NCBI GenBank assembly: GCA_902595755.1
Contig: CACJRF010000005.1
Coordinates: forward strand, 6,859-70,858
Origin: an uncultured Alphaproteobacteria bacterium
GTDB lineage: Bacteria > Pseudomonadota > Alphaproteobacteria > Methylaequorales > Methylaequoraceae
Length of the DNA stretch: 64,000 bases
Direction of reading: 5' to 3'
This document shows positions 21,857 through 32,288 of this stretch, one piece after another; within the stretch, counting starts at the first letter, position 1; each line of letters opens with the position of its first letter. The translations under genes and the position numbers were made by a program. Under the pieces are notes generated by a model. It did not search any database. It saw nothing but the letters and a program-made list of their open reading frames with translations, and was not told the origin of the DNA.

Positions 21857-24190
21857 ATGAAGTTTATATTTTTTTTAATTTTTTTTATAGTTTCTATAAT
21901 AAAATCCGCTTCCTTTTCTGGTGTCCCTGCAAGTCCATCTTCAAGTTACAAAAATGATTATCTTAGAAAAGATGATTCAATTATAAATGCTGATACCCAA
22001 AGGTTAACCCCACAGAATATTCAATTTATAGTACAAGGAAACATAAGGCTTGATTCATCGCTGATTATAAGAGATGCAGATATTGATCCTAATAAAATCG
22101 ATCAAAAAAATTTAAGCATGTCTGTTAAAAATTTATATAAAACTGGGTATTATGAAAACGTTAATATTTATAAAAAAGACAATATAATTTTTATATCAGT
22201 TAAAGAAAATCCCCTCATAAATCAAGTATCCATAGAAGGTAATGAGGAAATTTCAGATGAAATTATCCAATCTGAAATAGAAACAAAACCAAGAAATGTA
22301 TATTCAATGGATATAATTAAAAACGATGTGAAGAAGATTCAATCTATCTATAAAAGGCAAGGTTTTTTTTCCACTTTTATTGAACCAAAATACATAAAAA
22401 ATTCTGGAAATAGAGTTGATATTATTTTTGAAATATATGAAGGGAAAGAGGCTAAAATAAAAAGGATTAATTTTCTCAATAATAAAGTTTTCTCGGATTC
22501 AACTTTAGAAGATGTGATATCTTCTGCAGAATATAGATGGTATGAATTTTGGGGGTCGAATGATAAGTTCGATAAGGAAAGAATAAATTATGATAAGGAT
22601 CTTTTGAAAGACTATTATTATAAAAATGGCTATATTGATTTTCAAATTATATCAGTTAATTCAAGTCTAGTTGAAAATGATAAAGATTTTATTGTAAACT
22701 TTACTCTTTTTGAGGGCCAAAGGTATAGAGTCAATAAAATAGGAGTGAAATCAAATGTAAGAAACCTCTCAGAGCAATATATTAAAAAATATATTAGTAT
22801 AGATAAAAATGATTGGTACAGTTCTACTGACATTGATGATTCTATTTCAGATATTAATGACGCTGCCTCAGAAAAGGGGTACGCATTTTTAACGGTAATA
22901 CCAAAAATAAGAAAAACTGGTAAAGAAACTGTAAATATCTTGTTTGAAATAGACCAAGGTAGGAAAATTTACATAGATCGAATAAATATAACAGGAAATA
23001 TAAAAACTGAAGATAATGTAATTAGAAGAGAGATGGAATTATCGGAGGGTGATCCTTTTAATTCTTTAAAATTAAGAAGTAGTGAAAGAAATATTAAAAC
23101 AACTGGTTTATTTGAGAATGTTGGCATTAAAGTAAATGAAATTCCAGAAACTAACTTTTCGTCTCTTGATGTCGAACTTTCTGAAAGATCAACAGGTGAG
23201 TTTTCTGTAGGTGCAGGTTATTCCTCAATTGATGGAGCTTTGGGGAATGTTGGGATTAGAGAATCTAATGTTTTTGGTCAAGCAAAAGAACTTTCTCTTC
23301 AATTAGGTCTATCAACAAGAAGAAATTCTATAGATCTAAGTTATACCGACCCTTATTTTTTAAATAGTGATGTAGCAGCGGGTATAGATCTTTTTAATGT
23401 GAGAAGAAATAATAAGATTTATAGTGGTTATAAACATAATATTGTAGGTTTCAAATTAAGAGCAGGGTATGAAGTTTTAGATAACTTAAGGCATATCTCA
23501 AGTTACACATTTAAGAGAGATAAAATTCATGATATTGATAATAACACTTCAAGTTATATTCAAGCACAGGAAGGTAAACGAACAATATCGATAATTGGGC
23601 AAGCATTTCAATATGATACACTTAATGATAGACTTAATCCTACTGAAGGTTACAGAGCAAGATTGGATGTTGATTATTTTGGATTGACTGGTGACGCTGA
23701 ACATTTATTAACAGAGATAAAATTATCTAATTTTGTTAGACTGGCTGATGGTTTTATTCTTGGGACATTTATAGAAGCAGGACATATCGCATCTATTAAA
23801 GAAGTTAAAATTAATAATAGATTTTATTTAAATGGAGATAGATTAAGAGGTTTTAAAAATTTAGGAATTGGTCCGAGAGACTCTTCTACTTCAGATTCAT
23901 TAGGAGGTGAGATTTATTACTTGAACAGAAATGAACTTAATTTCCCTCTTGGTCTTCCCGATGAATTAGCAGTTAAAGGATTAGCATTTTTGGATATTGG
24001 TACACTTTATAATACCTCTCAATCAGGAGCGAACATTGTAGATGAAAGTAGTCTACGTGCTGCAGCAGGTGTTGGAATCCAATGGATTTCACCTTTTGGA
24101 CCAATAAAATTTTATTTAACTAAAGCATTTAAAAAAGAAAATTATGATAAAGCAGAGATTTTTAGATTTAGTTTTGGTACAACATATTAA
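21857..24190 (+). CDS. bamA: Outer membrane protein assembly factor BamA
   Basis: Signal peptide, POTRA repeats (GNIKTEDNVIRRE), LRGF loop motif, C-terminal WISPFGP...FSFGTTY. Confidence 0.95.
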   Translation: MKFIFFLIFFIVSIIKSASFSGVPASPSSSYKNDYLRKDDSIINADTQRLTPQNIQFIVQGNIRLDSSLIIRDADIDPNKIDQKNLSMSVKNLYKTGYYENVNIYKKDNIIFISVKENPLINQVSIEGNEEISDEIIQSEIETKPRNVYSMDIIKNDVKKIQSIYKRQGFFSTFIEPKYIKNSGNRVDIIFEIYEGKEAKIKRINFLNNKVFSDSTLEDVISSAEYRWYEFWGSNDKFDKERINYDKDLLKDYYYKNGYIDFQIISVNSSLVENDKDFIVNFTLFEGQRYRVNKIGVKSNVRNLSEQYIKKYISIDKNDWYSSTDIDDSISDINDAASEKGYAFLTVIPKIRKTGKETVNILFEIDQGRKIYIDRINITGNIKTEDNVIRREMELSEGDPFNSLKLRSSERNIKTTGLFENVGIKVNEIPETNFSSLDVELSERSTGEFSVGAGYSSIDGALGNVGIRESNVFGQAKELSLQLGLSTRRNSIDLSYTDPYFLNSDVAAGIDLFNVRRNNKIYSGYKHNIVGFKLRAGYEVLDNLRHISSYTFKRDKIHDIDNNTSSYIQAQEGKRTISIIGQAFQYDTLNDRLNPTEGYRARLDVDYFGLTGDAEHLLTEIKLSNFVRLADGFILGTFIEAGHIASIKEVKINNRFYLNGDRLRGFKNLGIGPRDSSTSDSLGGEIYYLNRNELNFPLGLPDELAVKGLAFLDIGTLYNTSQSGANIVDESSLRAAAGVGIQWISPFGPIKFYLTKAFKKENYDKAEIFRFSFGTTY

Positions 24191-24210
24191 ACAATTATGG
24201 AGAAATAATA

Positions 24211-24768
24211 ATGAAAAAATTTATATGTCTAACCTTTCTCTTTTTTGGTAGTCTTGCTATGGCTCAAGAACAGACGAAAAAAGAAATTAACCCAGAAAAT
24301 TTTAAGGCATCAATTGGTGTTGTTGATATGAAAAAAATTCTTGCACAATCTAAAGCATATCAAAGTCTGGTCGATCAGTTTGAGAATGTAAGAAGAAAAC
24401 AAAGAAATACATTCACAAAGCAAGAAGATATTATAAGAGACGAAGAAAGTGAACTGTTGAAAAAAAAAAATATTCTTTCTAAAGAAGTTTATACTGAAAA
24501 AGTTAAAGCATTAAATGTTAAAATTAATGAGTTAAAAAGTAAGCAACAAACTGAAGGTAAAAAATTTGAGATTGGCTTTGATAGATCAACAAAAAAAATT
24601 CAGGGTGCTCTTGTCGATGTTCTGTCTGTATTAGCGAATAATAATAATTTAAACCTTGTTCTTGCAAAAAGTCAGGTGATATTAGTTGGTAAAGATATTG
24701 ATTTAACAGACAAAGCTATCTCTGAATTAAATAAAGTACTTCCGAAAGTTGATTTAAAAGTGCAGTAA
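24211..24768 (+). CDS. skp: OmpH/Skp periplasmic chaperone
   Basis: Signal peptide, IGVVDMKKIL, coiled coil, DLTDKAISELN; lies between bamA and lpxD. Confidence 0.88.
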   Translation: MKKFICLTFLFFGSLAMAQEQTKKEINPENFKASIGVVDMKKILAQSKAYQSLVDQFENVRRKQRNTFTKQEDIIRDEESELLKKKNILSKEVYTEKVKALNVKINELKSKQQTEGKKFEIGFDRSTKKIQGALVDVLSVLANNNNLNLVLAKSQVILVGKDIDLTDKAISELNKVLPKVDLKVQ

Positions 24769-24789
24769 TTAAAAGAAAGAGAAGTTAAG

Positions 24790-25800
24790 TTGGTTGATCA
24801 TAATTTCTATAATAAGACTGGTCCTCATTCATTATCCAAATTAGCTGAGATGTTATCCTGTGACTACAAAGGAAATGGAGACGTTTTAATTGATGATATT
24901 TCAACATTAGAAGACGCTACAATTTCTGATATAAGTTTTTTCCATAATAAGAAATATTTAGATTCTCTAAAAAAAACAAAAGCTAACGTTATTCTAGTTG
25001 ATAAAAGCTTTAACTTAAATTTAGATAAAAATTTAGTTTTCTGTAATGATCCTTATTATACGATGGCAAAAGTTGCTTCAATATTTTATCCTGACTCTTC
25101 TTATCCAAATAATGTGTTTATAGACTCTGATAAAAATACGAAAATTGATAATTCTAATAAAATTTCCGCCAATACATTTATACATAAAAATGCAAAGATA
25201 GGAAAAAATTGTAAATTTGGTTTTAATAGTTTTGTTGGGCCGAATGTAACAATAGGAGATAATTGTTTAATAGGTGATAATGTATCAATATATTTTTCCA
25301 AAGTGGGGCAAAATGTTAAAATTTACCAAGGTGTTAAAATAGGTAGCGAGGGTTTTGGTTTTATAATGCAAGAGAATTCTATCCAAAAAATACCTCAGCT
25401 TGGAAGAGTTATAATTGATGATTACGTCGAAATAGGCGCAAATACAACAATTGATAGAGGCTCTATTGGAGATACAAAGATTGGAAAGCTGAGTATGATA
25501 GACAATTTAGTTCATATAGGTCATAACGTTTCGATAGGTAAAAATTGTATCATAGCAGCGATGACAGGAATATCAGGAAGTACAAAAATCGGAAATAATG
25601 TATCAATTGGTGGACAGGTTGGTATAAGTGGTCATATAAATATTGGAAATAACGTTAGAATAGCTGCGAAATCTGGTATTATGAAAAATATTAAAGATAA
25701 TCAAGCAGTAGGTGGATATCCAGCCGATAATATTCTGGATTGGCATAGAAACACTTTAATATTAAAAAAACTTAGAAAGAAAAAAAATGACAGGCCTTAA
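24790..25800 (+). CDS. lpxD: UDP-3-O-acyl-glucosamine N-acyltransferase
   Basis: Hexapeptide repeats, GSEGFGF, IGANTTIDRG, IDNLVHIGHNV. Confidence 0.96.
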   Translation: MVDHNFYNKTGPHSLSKLAEMLSCDYKGNGDVLIDDISTLEDATISDISFFHNKKYLDSLKKTKANVILVDKSFNLNLDKNLVFCNDPYYTMAKVASIFYPDSSYPNNVFIDSDKNTKIDNSNKISANTFIHKNAKIGKNCKFGFNSFVGPNVTIGDNCLIGDNVSIYFSKVGQNVKIYQGVKIGSEGFGFIMQENSIQKIPQLGRVIIDDYVEIGANTTIDRGSIGDTKIGKLSMIDNLVHIGHNVSIGKNCIIAAMTGISGSTKIGNNVSIGGQVGISGHINIGNNVRIAAKSGIMKNIKDNQAVGGYPADNILDWHRNTLILKKLRKKKNDRP

Positions 25801-26227
25801 TATCGAGCAGATTAAATCTTTAATACCTCACAGATACCCTTTTTTGCTTATCGACAAATTAGTTGATATAGTACCCAATGAAAGTGCTACTGGTATTAAG
25901 AATGTAACATTTAACGAAAATTTTTTTCAAGGACACTTTGATTCAAGATCAGTAATGCCTGGAGCTTTAATAATCGAGTCAATGGCTCAATCCGCAGGAA
26001 CACTTGTTATGCACAGTCTTAAGAAAAGTAATAAAAATATGTCAGTTTATTTACTAACAGTCGATAAAGCAAAATTTAGAAAGCCAGTTTGTCCAGGAGA
26101 TACTCTTCATCATAAAGTTTTAAAAAAACAAAATGTAAAAAATATTTGGAAGTTTAGTTGCAAGTCATACGTTGATGATAATTTAGTTGCTCAGGCTGAA
26201 GTCTCAGCAATTTTAAACTCAGAATAA
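25787..26227 (+). CDS. fabZ: 3-hydroxyacyl-ACP dehydratase
   Basis: Motifs IPHRYPFLLID, FFQGHF, MPGALIIESMAQ. Confidence 0.97.
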   Translation: MTGLNIEQIKSLIPHRYPFLLIDKLVDIVPNESATGIKNVTFNENFFQGHFDSRSVMPGALIIESMAQSAGTLVMHSLKKSNKNMSVYLLTVDKAKFRKPVCPGDTLHHKVLKKQNVKNIWKFSCKSYVDDNLVAQAEVSAILNSE

Positions 26228-26230
26228 TCT

Positions 26231-26256
26231 TGTAATAAACTGTAATTATTTGTTAT
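26231..26256 (+). repeat. Three direct repeats TGT(A/T)AT at a 10-bp period
   Basis: TGTAAT at 26231, TGTAAT at 26241, TGTTAT at 26251 in the fabZ-lpxA gap. Confidence 0.45.
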
Positions 26257-26284
26257 TTGTCTTAATTTTTTTTCATTGTAGTTT
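26257..26284 (+). promoter_or_regulatory. Putative internal promoter for lpxA-lpxI-lpxB
   Basis: TTGTCT-N16-TAGTTT ending 6 nt before the lpxA ATG; no SD visible. Confidence 0.35.
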
Positions 26285-26290
26285 TATAAT

Positions 26291-27070
26291 ATGATTCATT
26301 CCTCTGCAATCATACATCCAGATGCAAAAATTAGTAAGAATGTAAAAGTTGGTCCTTATTGTGTGATTGGTAAAGATGTTAAAATTGGTGAAAATTGTCA
26401 TTTGAAAAGTCACGTTGTTGTGGATGGTAATGTAAATATTGGAGATAAAACACAAATTTTTTCGTTTGCATCAATAGGATCTGATCCTCAAGATTTAAAG
26501 TTTAACGGTGAGAAAACTGAAATTATTATAGGAGAAAGTTGTAAGATAAGAGAATATTGCACAATTAATCCAGGTACGACAGGTGGAGGAGGTGTCACAA
26601 AAGTTGGTAATGACTGTCTATTGATGGTTGGAACTCATGTGGCTCATGATTGCTTGATAAGTGATAATGTAATATTTGCTAACCACTCTACATTGGCGGG
26701 TCACGTCAACATTGAAAAAAACGTTGTAGTAGGAGCATTAAGTGCTATACACCAATTTACAAGAATTGGGGAAGGCTCAATGATTGGAGGTATGTCAGGA
26801 ATTACAGGTGATGTTCCTCCTTTTTGTACAGCGATGGGAAATAGAGCAAAATTAAATGGATTAAATGTTGTAGGTTTAAAAAGAAATGAAGTAAGTAAAA
26901 TTGAAATATCAGAATTACGAAAAGTATATAATTATATTTTTGGTAGTAATGAATTAACTTTTAAAGAACGATTAAAAGAGATCAAAGCAGAAAAAACTGG
27001 ATTTTATACTATAAATAAACTTTTAGATTTTATATCTGGAGAGAGTAACAGATCTTTTTGTCTACCTTAG
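26291..27070 (+). CDS. lpxA: Acyl-ACP--UDP-N-acetylglucosamine O-acyltransferase
   Basis: Motifs PQDLKF, IREYCTINPGT, HVAHDC, IHQFTRIG. Confidence 0.97.
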   Translation: MIHSSAIIHPDAKISKNVKVGPYCVIGKDVKIGENCHLKSHVVVDGNVNIGDKTQIFSFASIGSDPQDLKFNGEKTEIIIGESCKIREYCTINPGTTGGGGVTKVGNDCLLMVGTHVAHDCLISDNVIFANHSTLAGHVNIEKNVVVGALSAIHQFTRIGEGSMIGGMSGITGDVPPFCTAMGNRAKLNGLNVVGLKRNEVSKIEISELRKVYNYIFGSNELTFKERLKEIKAEKTGFYTINKLLDFISGESNRSFCLP

Positions 27071-27076
27071 TTTTAA

Positions 27077-27889
27077 ATGAAAAAAATAATTATATTAGCA
27101 GGAAATGGAGTGTTACCATACATTGTAGTTAAAGAATTGGAAAAAAGAAAACTAGATTTTTTTATCATTACTTTTAAAAATAATAAAGTATCAGCAAAAT
27201 TAAAAAAGTATAATCCAATAGAAATTAATTTTGGAAAAATAGTCACAGAACTAAAGAAATTAAAAATTAAAAAATTTGATAGTATAATTATGATCGGTGG
27301 ATTAAAGAAGCCTAAACTTAAAGAAATAAAACCCGATATTAATTCCTTAAAACTTATTCCAATGTTTGCTAAAAAAATTATAGAGGGAGGAGATAATAAT
27401 TTACTATCTTTTTGTATAAAAAAAATTGAGGAGATTGGGTTTAAAATAACAAATATAAAAGATATTTTACCTGAATTATTTCTTGGTAAAGGCGTATTCA
27501 CAAAAATATCACCAAAAAAAGATATGATTAAAGATATAAGAAAAGGACAAAAAATATTAGAACAAATCTCAAAATTTGATATTGGACAATCTATTATAGT
27601 TCAAAAAGGAAATGTTGTAGGTATTGAAGGTGTTCAAGGGACCGATTTTCTCATTAAAAATTCAAAAAACTATCTTGTAAACGACACAAATGCTATCTTA
27701 TTAAAATCTACAAAAAAAAAACAGGATTTAAGAGTAGATCTTCCAACAGTTGGTATCAAAACAATGGAAAATTGTAAGAAAAGTAATATTTATGGCCTAG
27801 CTTTTTGTGCAAATAACACAATCTTTTTAGATGTTAAAAAGATAATCTCTTATTGTAATAAAAATAAACTTTTTTTAATTGGAGTTTAG
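27077..27889 (+). CDS. lpxI: UDP-2,3-diacylglucosamine diphosphatase LpxI
   Basis: Motifs LAGNGVLP, GGDNNLL, DIGQS, IEGVQGTD, QDLRVDLPTVG; lies between lpxA and lpxB. Confidence 0.92.
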   Translation: MKKIIILAGNGVLPYIVVKELEKRKLDFFIITFKNNKVSAKLKKYNPIEINFGKIVTELKKLKIKKFDSIIMIGGLKKPKLKEIKPDINSLKLIPMFAKKIIEGGDNNLLSFCIKKIEEIGFKITNIKDILPELFLGKGVFTKISPKKDMIKDIRKGQKILEQISKFDIGQSIIVQKGNVVGIEGVQGTDFLIKNSKNYLVNDTNAILLKSTKKKQDLRVDLPTVGIKTMENCKKSNIYGLAFCANNTIFLDVKKIISYCNKNKLFLIGV

Positions 27890-28984
27890 TTGAGAATAGT
27901 AATTTTAGCAACTGAGGCATCTGGAGATTTCTTAGGATCTGAATTAATTAAAGCCATTAGAATAAAAAAAAAAAATGTTATTATTAAAGGAATAGGTGGT
28001 CCTTTGATGATAAATTCTAATTTTAAATCATGGGTAAATATATCTAAATTTAATGCTATTGGTATATATGAGGTTTTAATTAGAATATCTAAATTTATTA
28101 AATTAATAAACTTCACTGAAAAAAAAATTAGAGAATTTCAACCAGATATTATTATTTCAATTGACTCTCCAAGCTTTAATTATAGATTACTAAAAAAATT
28201 AAGTGACCTAAAAAGGAAAAAAACTAAATTTTATCATTATGTTGCACCTACTGTTTGGGCTTGGAAATCTTATAGAGCAAAACTTTTCGCCAATCTTTAT
28301 CACAAATTATTTGTTTTATTTGAATTTGAAAAAAAATATTTTATTAAACATAAATTAAAAACTCTAGTAGTTGGACATCAGGCCTTTTATAATATAAAAT
28401 CTCCTCCAAAGAAAAAAAAAAAAATAATTTTTCTTTTGGGTTCAAGAACATCGGAAATTAAAAATAATATTAATGAATTTAGCTTATTAATTGAGAATAC
28501 CATTTCTAATTTTAGTGATTTTAGCTTTTATATATTAACCTTTAAAGATCATTTAAATTTTTTTAAAGATATAAAAAGTAAGTTTAAAAATATTAAAATT
28601 GTTACTTACACAAATCAAAAGCAAAAGATAATGTCAGAATCTTTTTTTGCTGTTGCTGCTTCTGGAACGGTTACTTTAGAACTTGCAAAATTTAATACTC
28701 CTATGATTGTAGTATATAGAACTCATTTCATTACAAAGTTAATTATTAAACTGCTGGTTAAAGTAAAGTATGCGTGCTTGATAAATATCTATTTTGATAA
28801 ACTAATTATACCAGAATTCTTATTTAATGATTTTAGTTATAAAAAAATATTACCAATATTTTCGGATTTTTTAGAAAATAAGTTGAAAAGGAATGAGCAA
28901 ATAAAAAATTTAAAAGCTTTTTCTTCAAAAATGCTTATAAAAAACAAAAACCCAGCAGAAATCATTGTTAATTCAATTTTTTAA
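27890..28984 (+). CDS. lpxB: Lipid-A-disaccharide synthase
   Basis: Motifs EASGDFLG, IDSPSFN, YVAPTVWAW, ASGTVTLE; TTG start with GGAG. Confidence 0.95.
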   Translation: MRIVILATEASGDFLGSELIKAIRIKKKNVIIKGIGGPLMINSNFKSWVNISKFNAIGIYEVLIRISKFIKLINFTEKKIREFQPDIIISIDSPSFNYRLLKKLSDLKRKKTKFYHYVAPTVWAWKSYRAKLFANLYHKLFVLFEFEKKYFIKHKLKTLVVGHQAFYNIKSPPKKKKKIIFLLGSRTSEIKNNINEFSLLIENTISNFSDFSFYILTFKDHLNFFKDIKSKFKNIKIVTYTNQKQKIMSESFFAVAASGTVTLELAKFNTPMIVVYRTHFITKLIIKLLVKVKYACLINIYFDKLIIPEFLFNDFSYKKILPIFSDFLENKLKRNEQIKNLKAFSSKMLIKNKNPAEIIVNSIF

Positions 28985-28996
28985 TTATGGTTTCTA

Positions 28997-30292
28997 TTAC
29001 TTCCTATCATTAATATCAATGAAGTCTCTTTTTGCTTTGCCAGTATAAAGTTGTCTTGGTCTACTGATCTTGGACTTTTCCATTCCTATCATTTCTTTCC
29101 ATTGGGAAATCCACCCAACAGTTCTAGCAACTGCAAAAATAACTGTAAACATGGATTCTGGAAGTCCAAGCGCTTTTAAAATTATACCTGAGTAAAAATC
29201 AACATTTGGATAAAGTTTTTTTTTAATAAAATAATCATCGCTAAGTGCTATTTCTTCAAGTTTGTTAGCTAGTTTAAGTAGTGGAATATTATTATTATCT
29301 ATTTCATTTAATAATCTATGGCAATATTTTCTTAATACATTAGCTCTTGGGTCATAATTTTTATATACCCTATGTCCAAATCCCATAAGTCTAAACGAAT
29401 CTTTTTTATCCTTAGCTTTTTTTATATATTTATTTATATTGTTTTCATTACCAATCAATCTTAGCATTTGAATAACAGATTCATTTGCACCACCATGAGC
29501 TGGCCCCCATAATGAAGCAACACCAGCTGCGACACAAGCAAATGGATTAGCTCCAGACGAACCTGCAATCTTTACTGTTGATGTGGATGCGTTTTGTTCG
29601 TGATCAGCATGTAAGATAAGTAATTTGTCAAGTGCATCAATTTTTGCCTTACTTGGACTATAGTCTCCACAGGGTGTTGAAAAAAGCATATGTAAAAAAT
29701 TTTCACTATATGATAACTCATTCTTTGGATAAATAAATGGTTGACCAAGTGAGTATTTATATGCCATGGCTGCCATCGTAGGTAATTTGGCTAATAATCT
29801 TGTAACTGCTACCCATTTACCTTCGTTTGATGAAAAATCATATATTTTTTCAGGATAAAAAGAGGACAAAGCACCAACAATTCCAACAACTACTGCCATT
29901 GGATGAGAATCTCTTCTGAAACCGCTATAAAATCTAAGGATTTGCTCATGTAACATCGTATGATTTGTTAGCGTTTGAATAAATTTATCTTTTTCATTTT
30001 TATTAGGGAGGTCACCATTTAGTAACAAATAACAAACTTCTGGATAGTCTGAATTTTCAGCTAATTCTTCAATTTCATAACCCCTATGTAATAGGATACC
30101 TTTTTCTCCATCAATATAAGTAATTTCAGATGAACAACTTGCTGTTGACGTAAATCCAGGGTCATACACAAACATTCCAGTTTTTTCATAGAAAGATGTT
30201 AGATCAACCACATCAGGACCACATGAACCTTTAATAATATTAAAATTATATGTTTTATTATTGTCAGGATTTAATATTTTAATTTTTTTCAT
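28997..30292 (-). CDS. gltA: Citrate synthase (type II)
   Basis: Motifs [53 protein letters not shown]. Confidence 0.98.
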   Translation of the reverse strand: MKKIKILNPDNNKTYNFNIIKGSCGPDVVDLTSFYEKTGMFVYDPGFTSTASCSSEITYIDGEKGILLHRGYEIEELAENSDYPEVCYLLLNGDLPNKNEKDKFIQTLTNHTMLHEQILRFYSGFRRDSHPMAVVVGIVGALSSFYPEKIYDFSSNEGKWVAVTRLLAKLPTMAAMAYKYSLGQPFIYPKNELSYSENFLHMLFSTPCGDYSPSKAKIDALDKLLILHADHEQNASTSTVKIAGSSGANPFACVAAGVASLWGPAHGGANESVIQMLRLIGNENNINKYIKKAKDKKDSFRLMGFGHRVYKNYDPRANVLRKYCHRLLNEIDNNNIPLLKLANKLEEIALSDDYFIKKKLYPNVDFYSGIILKALGLPESMFTVIFAVARTVGWISQWKEMIGMEKSKISRPRQLYTGKAKRDFIDINDRK

Positions 30293-31647
30293 AAACTTTT
30301 AATCATTTTTATAAAATTTTGTTTACCAACAATAAAAATAAGGTCAGAAATAGACGGCCCGTTTACTTGCCCTAATATTAAGCATCTTATTGGTTGAGCA
30401 AAGTTTTTAAATCCAACACCTAGTTCAGAAATAGTCTCTTTTATCTGTTTTTCAATACTTTCCTGACTCCACTTATCAATATAATTAAAGTGGTTGAGTA
30501 TTAAGTCTTTATTGTCTTTTAAGGGTAGCACTAATTCATTCTCTTCTATGTTAAGTTTTCTAGGACTAATATTAAAATTACTTATATTATTAAATATATC
30601 ATATAAATTATTTGCACGATCTTTAAATAAATTAATTAAATGTATATTCTTTTCCTTAAATTTTTGATCTAAACTCTCAAAATCATAAACTTCTCTAATC
30701 AAGTTAAATAAAGTTTTATTATCTGTAATTTTTAAATAATAGTTATTTAAGAAGTCTAATTTTTTTTTATCATGTTTTGATGGTGACTTACCTATATTTT
30801 CAAGCGAAAATTTTTTTTTAATCTCTTCTATCGTAAAAATTTCTTTTTCACCGAAGGACCAACCTAACCTCATAAGATAATTATTTATTGCTTTAGACAA
30901 ATATCCCTTTTTTTTATATTCTAAAATTGATGGTGCGTTATCCCTTTTTGATAACTTTTGATTATTTTCATTATGAATAAGTGATATGTGGGCAAAATTT
31001 GGTTTATATTCTAAAAAATCAAAAATGACTTTCTGACGAAAGGAATTTGTTAAATGGTCATCTCCCCTAATAATATCTGTTACCTTCATATCATAGTCAT
31101 CTACTGCTGATGAAAGAAGAAAAGTTGGGCTTCCATCGCTTCTCAATAAAATATAATCGTCAATTTCTTCATATTTAACTTCAACAATTCCCTGAATCTT
31201 ATCTTTAATTTTACAAATACCATTGATTGGTGATTTTAAACGTACTGAAAATGCTTGATCTTTTGGGTATTTATCAGCTGGAATATCCCTCCATTTACTT
31301 TGAAATTTTGTTTTTAATGATCTATTATTTTTAACATAGTTTTGATCATGAAAACATTTATAAGCTAAATTTTTTGATAAAAGTTGGTTTGCGATTTCAA
31401 CATGCCGTTTATAATTATTACTTTGAAAAGTTACTGGTTCAGAAAAATCAATACCAAGCCACCTCAAACCATTAATTATACTGTCTATAGATTCTTTAGA
31501 AGATCTTTCTTTGTCACTATCTTCAATTCTTAAATAAAAACTTCCATCATTAGATTTAGCGTACAAATAATTAAATAGCGCTGTTCTTGCGCCACCTAAG
31601 TGTAGACTTCCAGACGGAGACGGAGCAAATCTTGTAATTGTAGGCAT
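30289..31647 (-). CDS. gltX: Glutamate--tRNA ligase
   Basis: Motifs [32 protein letters not shown]. Confidence 0.96.
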   Translation of the reverse strand: MPTITRFAPSPSGSLHLGGARTALFNYLYAKSNDGSFYLRIEDSDKERSSKESIDSIINGLRWLGIDFSEPVTFQSNNYKRHVEIANQLLSKNLAYKCFHDQNYVKNNRSLKTKFQSKWRDIPADKYPKDQAFSVRLKSPINGICKIKDKIQGIVEVKYEEIDDYILLRSDGSPTFLLSSAVDDYDMKVTDIIRGDDHLTNSFRQKVIFDFLEYKPNFAHISLIHNENNQKLSKRDNAPSILEYKKKGYLSKAINNYLMRLGWSFGEKEIFTIEEIKKKFSLENIGKSPSKHDKKKLDFLNNYYLKITDNKTLFNLIREVYDFESLDQKFKEKNIHLINLFKDRANNLYDIFNNISNFNISPRKLNIEENELVLPLKDNKDLILNHFNYIDKWSQESIEKQIKETISELGVGFKNFAQPIRCLILGQVNGPSISDLIFIVGKQNFIKMIKSL

Positions 31648-31653
31648 TAAAAT

Positions 31654-32265
31654 TTAGAACTTTCGGATTAACCCAACTAATTTACCTTGGATTCTTACTC
31701 TTCCTTCACCAAAGATTCTAGTTTTGAAGTTCTTATTAGAAGGTTCAAGAGCAATTGAATTTTTAAATGATCTAAACTTTTTTAAAGTAACTTCATTTTC
31801 ATCTATCAATGCCACAACAATATCACCTGTAATAGCAGTATTAGTTTTTTTTATTACAACAATATCTCCATCAAATATTCCATCATCAATCATCGAGTCT
31901 CCACATACTTCCAATGTAAAATGGTGATTCTTATTACTTACAAGATAATTTGGTACAGATATTTGCTCAAAACTATTTGTAATAGCCTCAATTGGATTGC
32001 CTGCTGCTATTCTTCCAAGAAATGGAAGAGATGTTTCGTCATTTTCTATTTTATTTTCAAAATTATTAATTGTTAGAGCTCTTGCCTTATGAGGCAACCT
32101 TTTGATATATTTTTTTTCTTCTAAACTCTTTAGTAATTTATGAATTCCAGACTTAGACTTAATATTGAGTTTATATCTCATTTCATCAAAGGTTGGGAAT
32201 ACCATTTTTTCTGAATAGTAGGATTTTAGATAATCAAGTAAATCTTTTTGTTTTACAGTTAACAT
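31654..32265 (-). CDS. lexA: SOS transcriptional repressor LexA
   Basis: N-terminus MLTVKQKDLL (ATG at 32265 preferred over the track's TTG at 32301), Ala-Gly cleavage site RIAAG, catalytic GDSM and TLKK. Confidence 0.96.
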   Translation of the reverse strand: MLTVKQKDLLDYLKSYYSEKMVFPTFDEMRYKLNIKSKSGIHKLLKSLEEKKYIKRLPHKARALTINNFENKIENDETSLPFLGRIAAGNPIEAITNSFEQISVPNYLVSNKNHHFTLEVCGDSMIDDGIFDGDIVVIKKTNTAITGDIVVALIDENEVTLKKFRSFKNSIALEPSNKNFKTRIFGEGRVRIQGKLVGLIRKF

Positions 32266-32273
32266 ATTCAAAT

Positions 32274-32288
32274 GTTCTACATAAGTTC
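32274..32288. promoter_or_regulatory. Alphaproteobacterial LexA (SOS) box GTTC-N7-GTTC
   Basis: GTTC-TACATAA-GTTC, 8 bp upstream of the lexA ATG; exact match to the established alphaproteobacterial direct-repeat consensus. Confidence 0.9.

Noticed and set aside
24790-27070. Periodic repeats in lpxD and lpxA
   Set aside because: These are the hexapeptide beta-helix repeats of the proteins, not DNA repeat elements.
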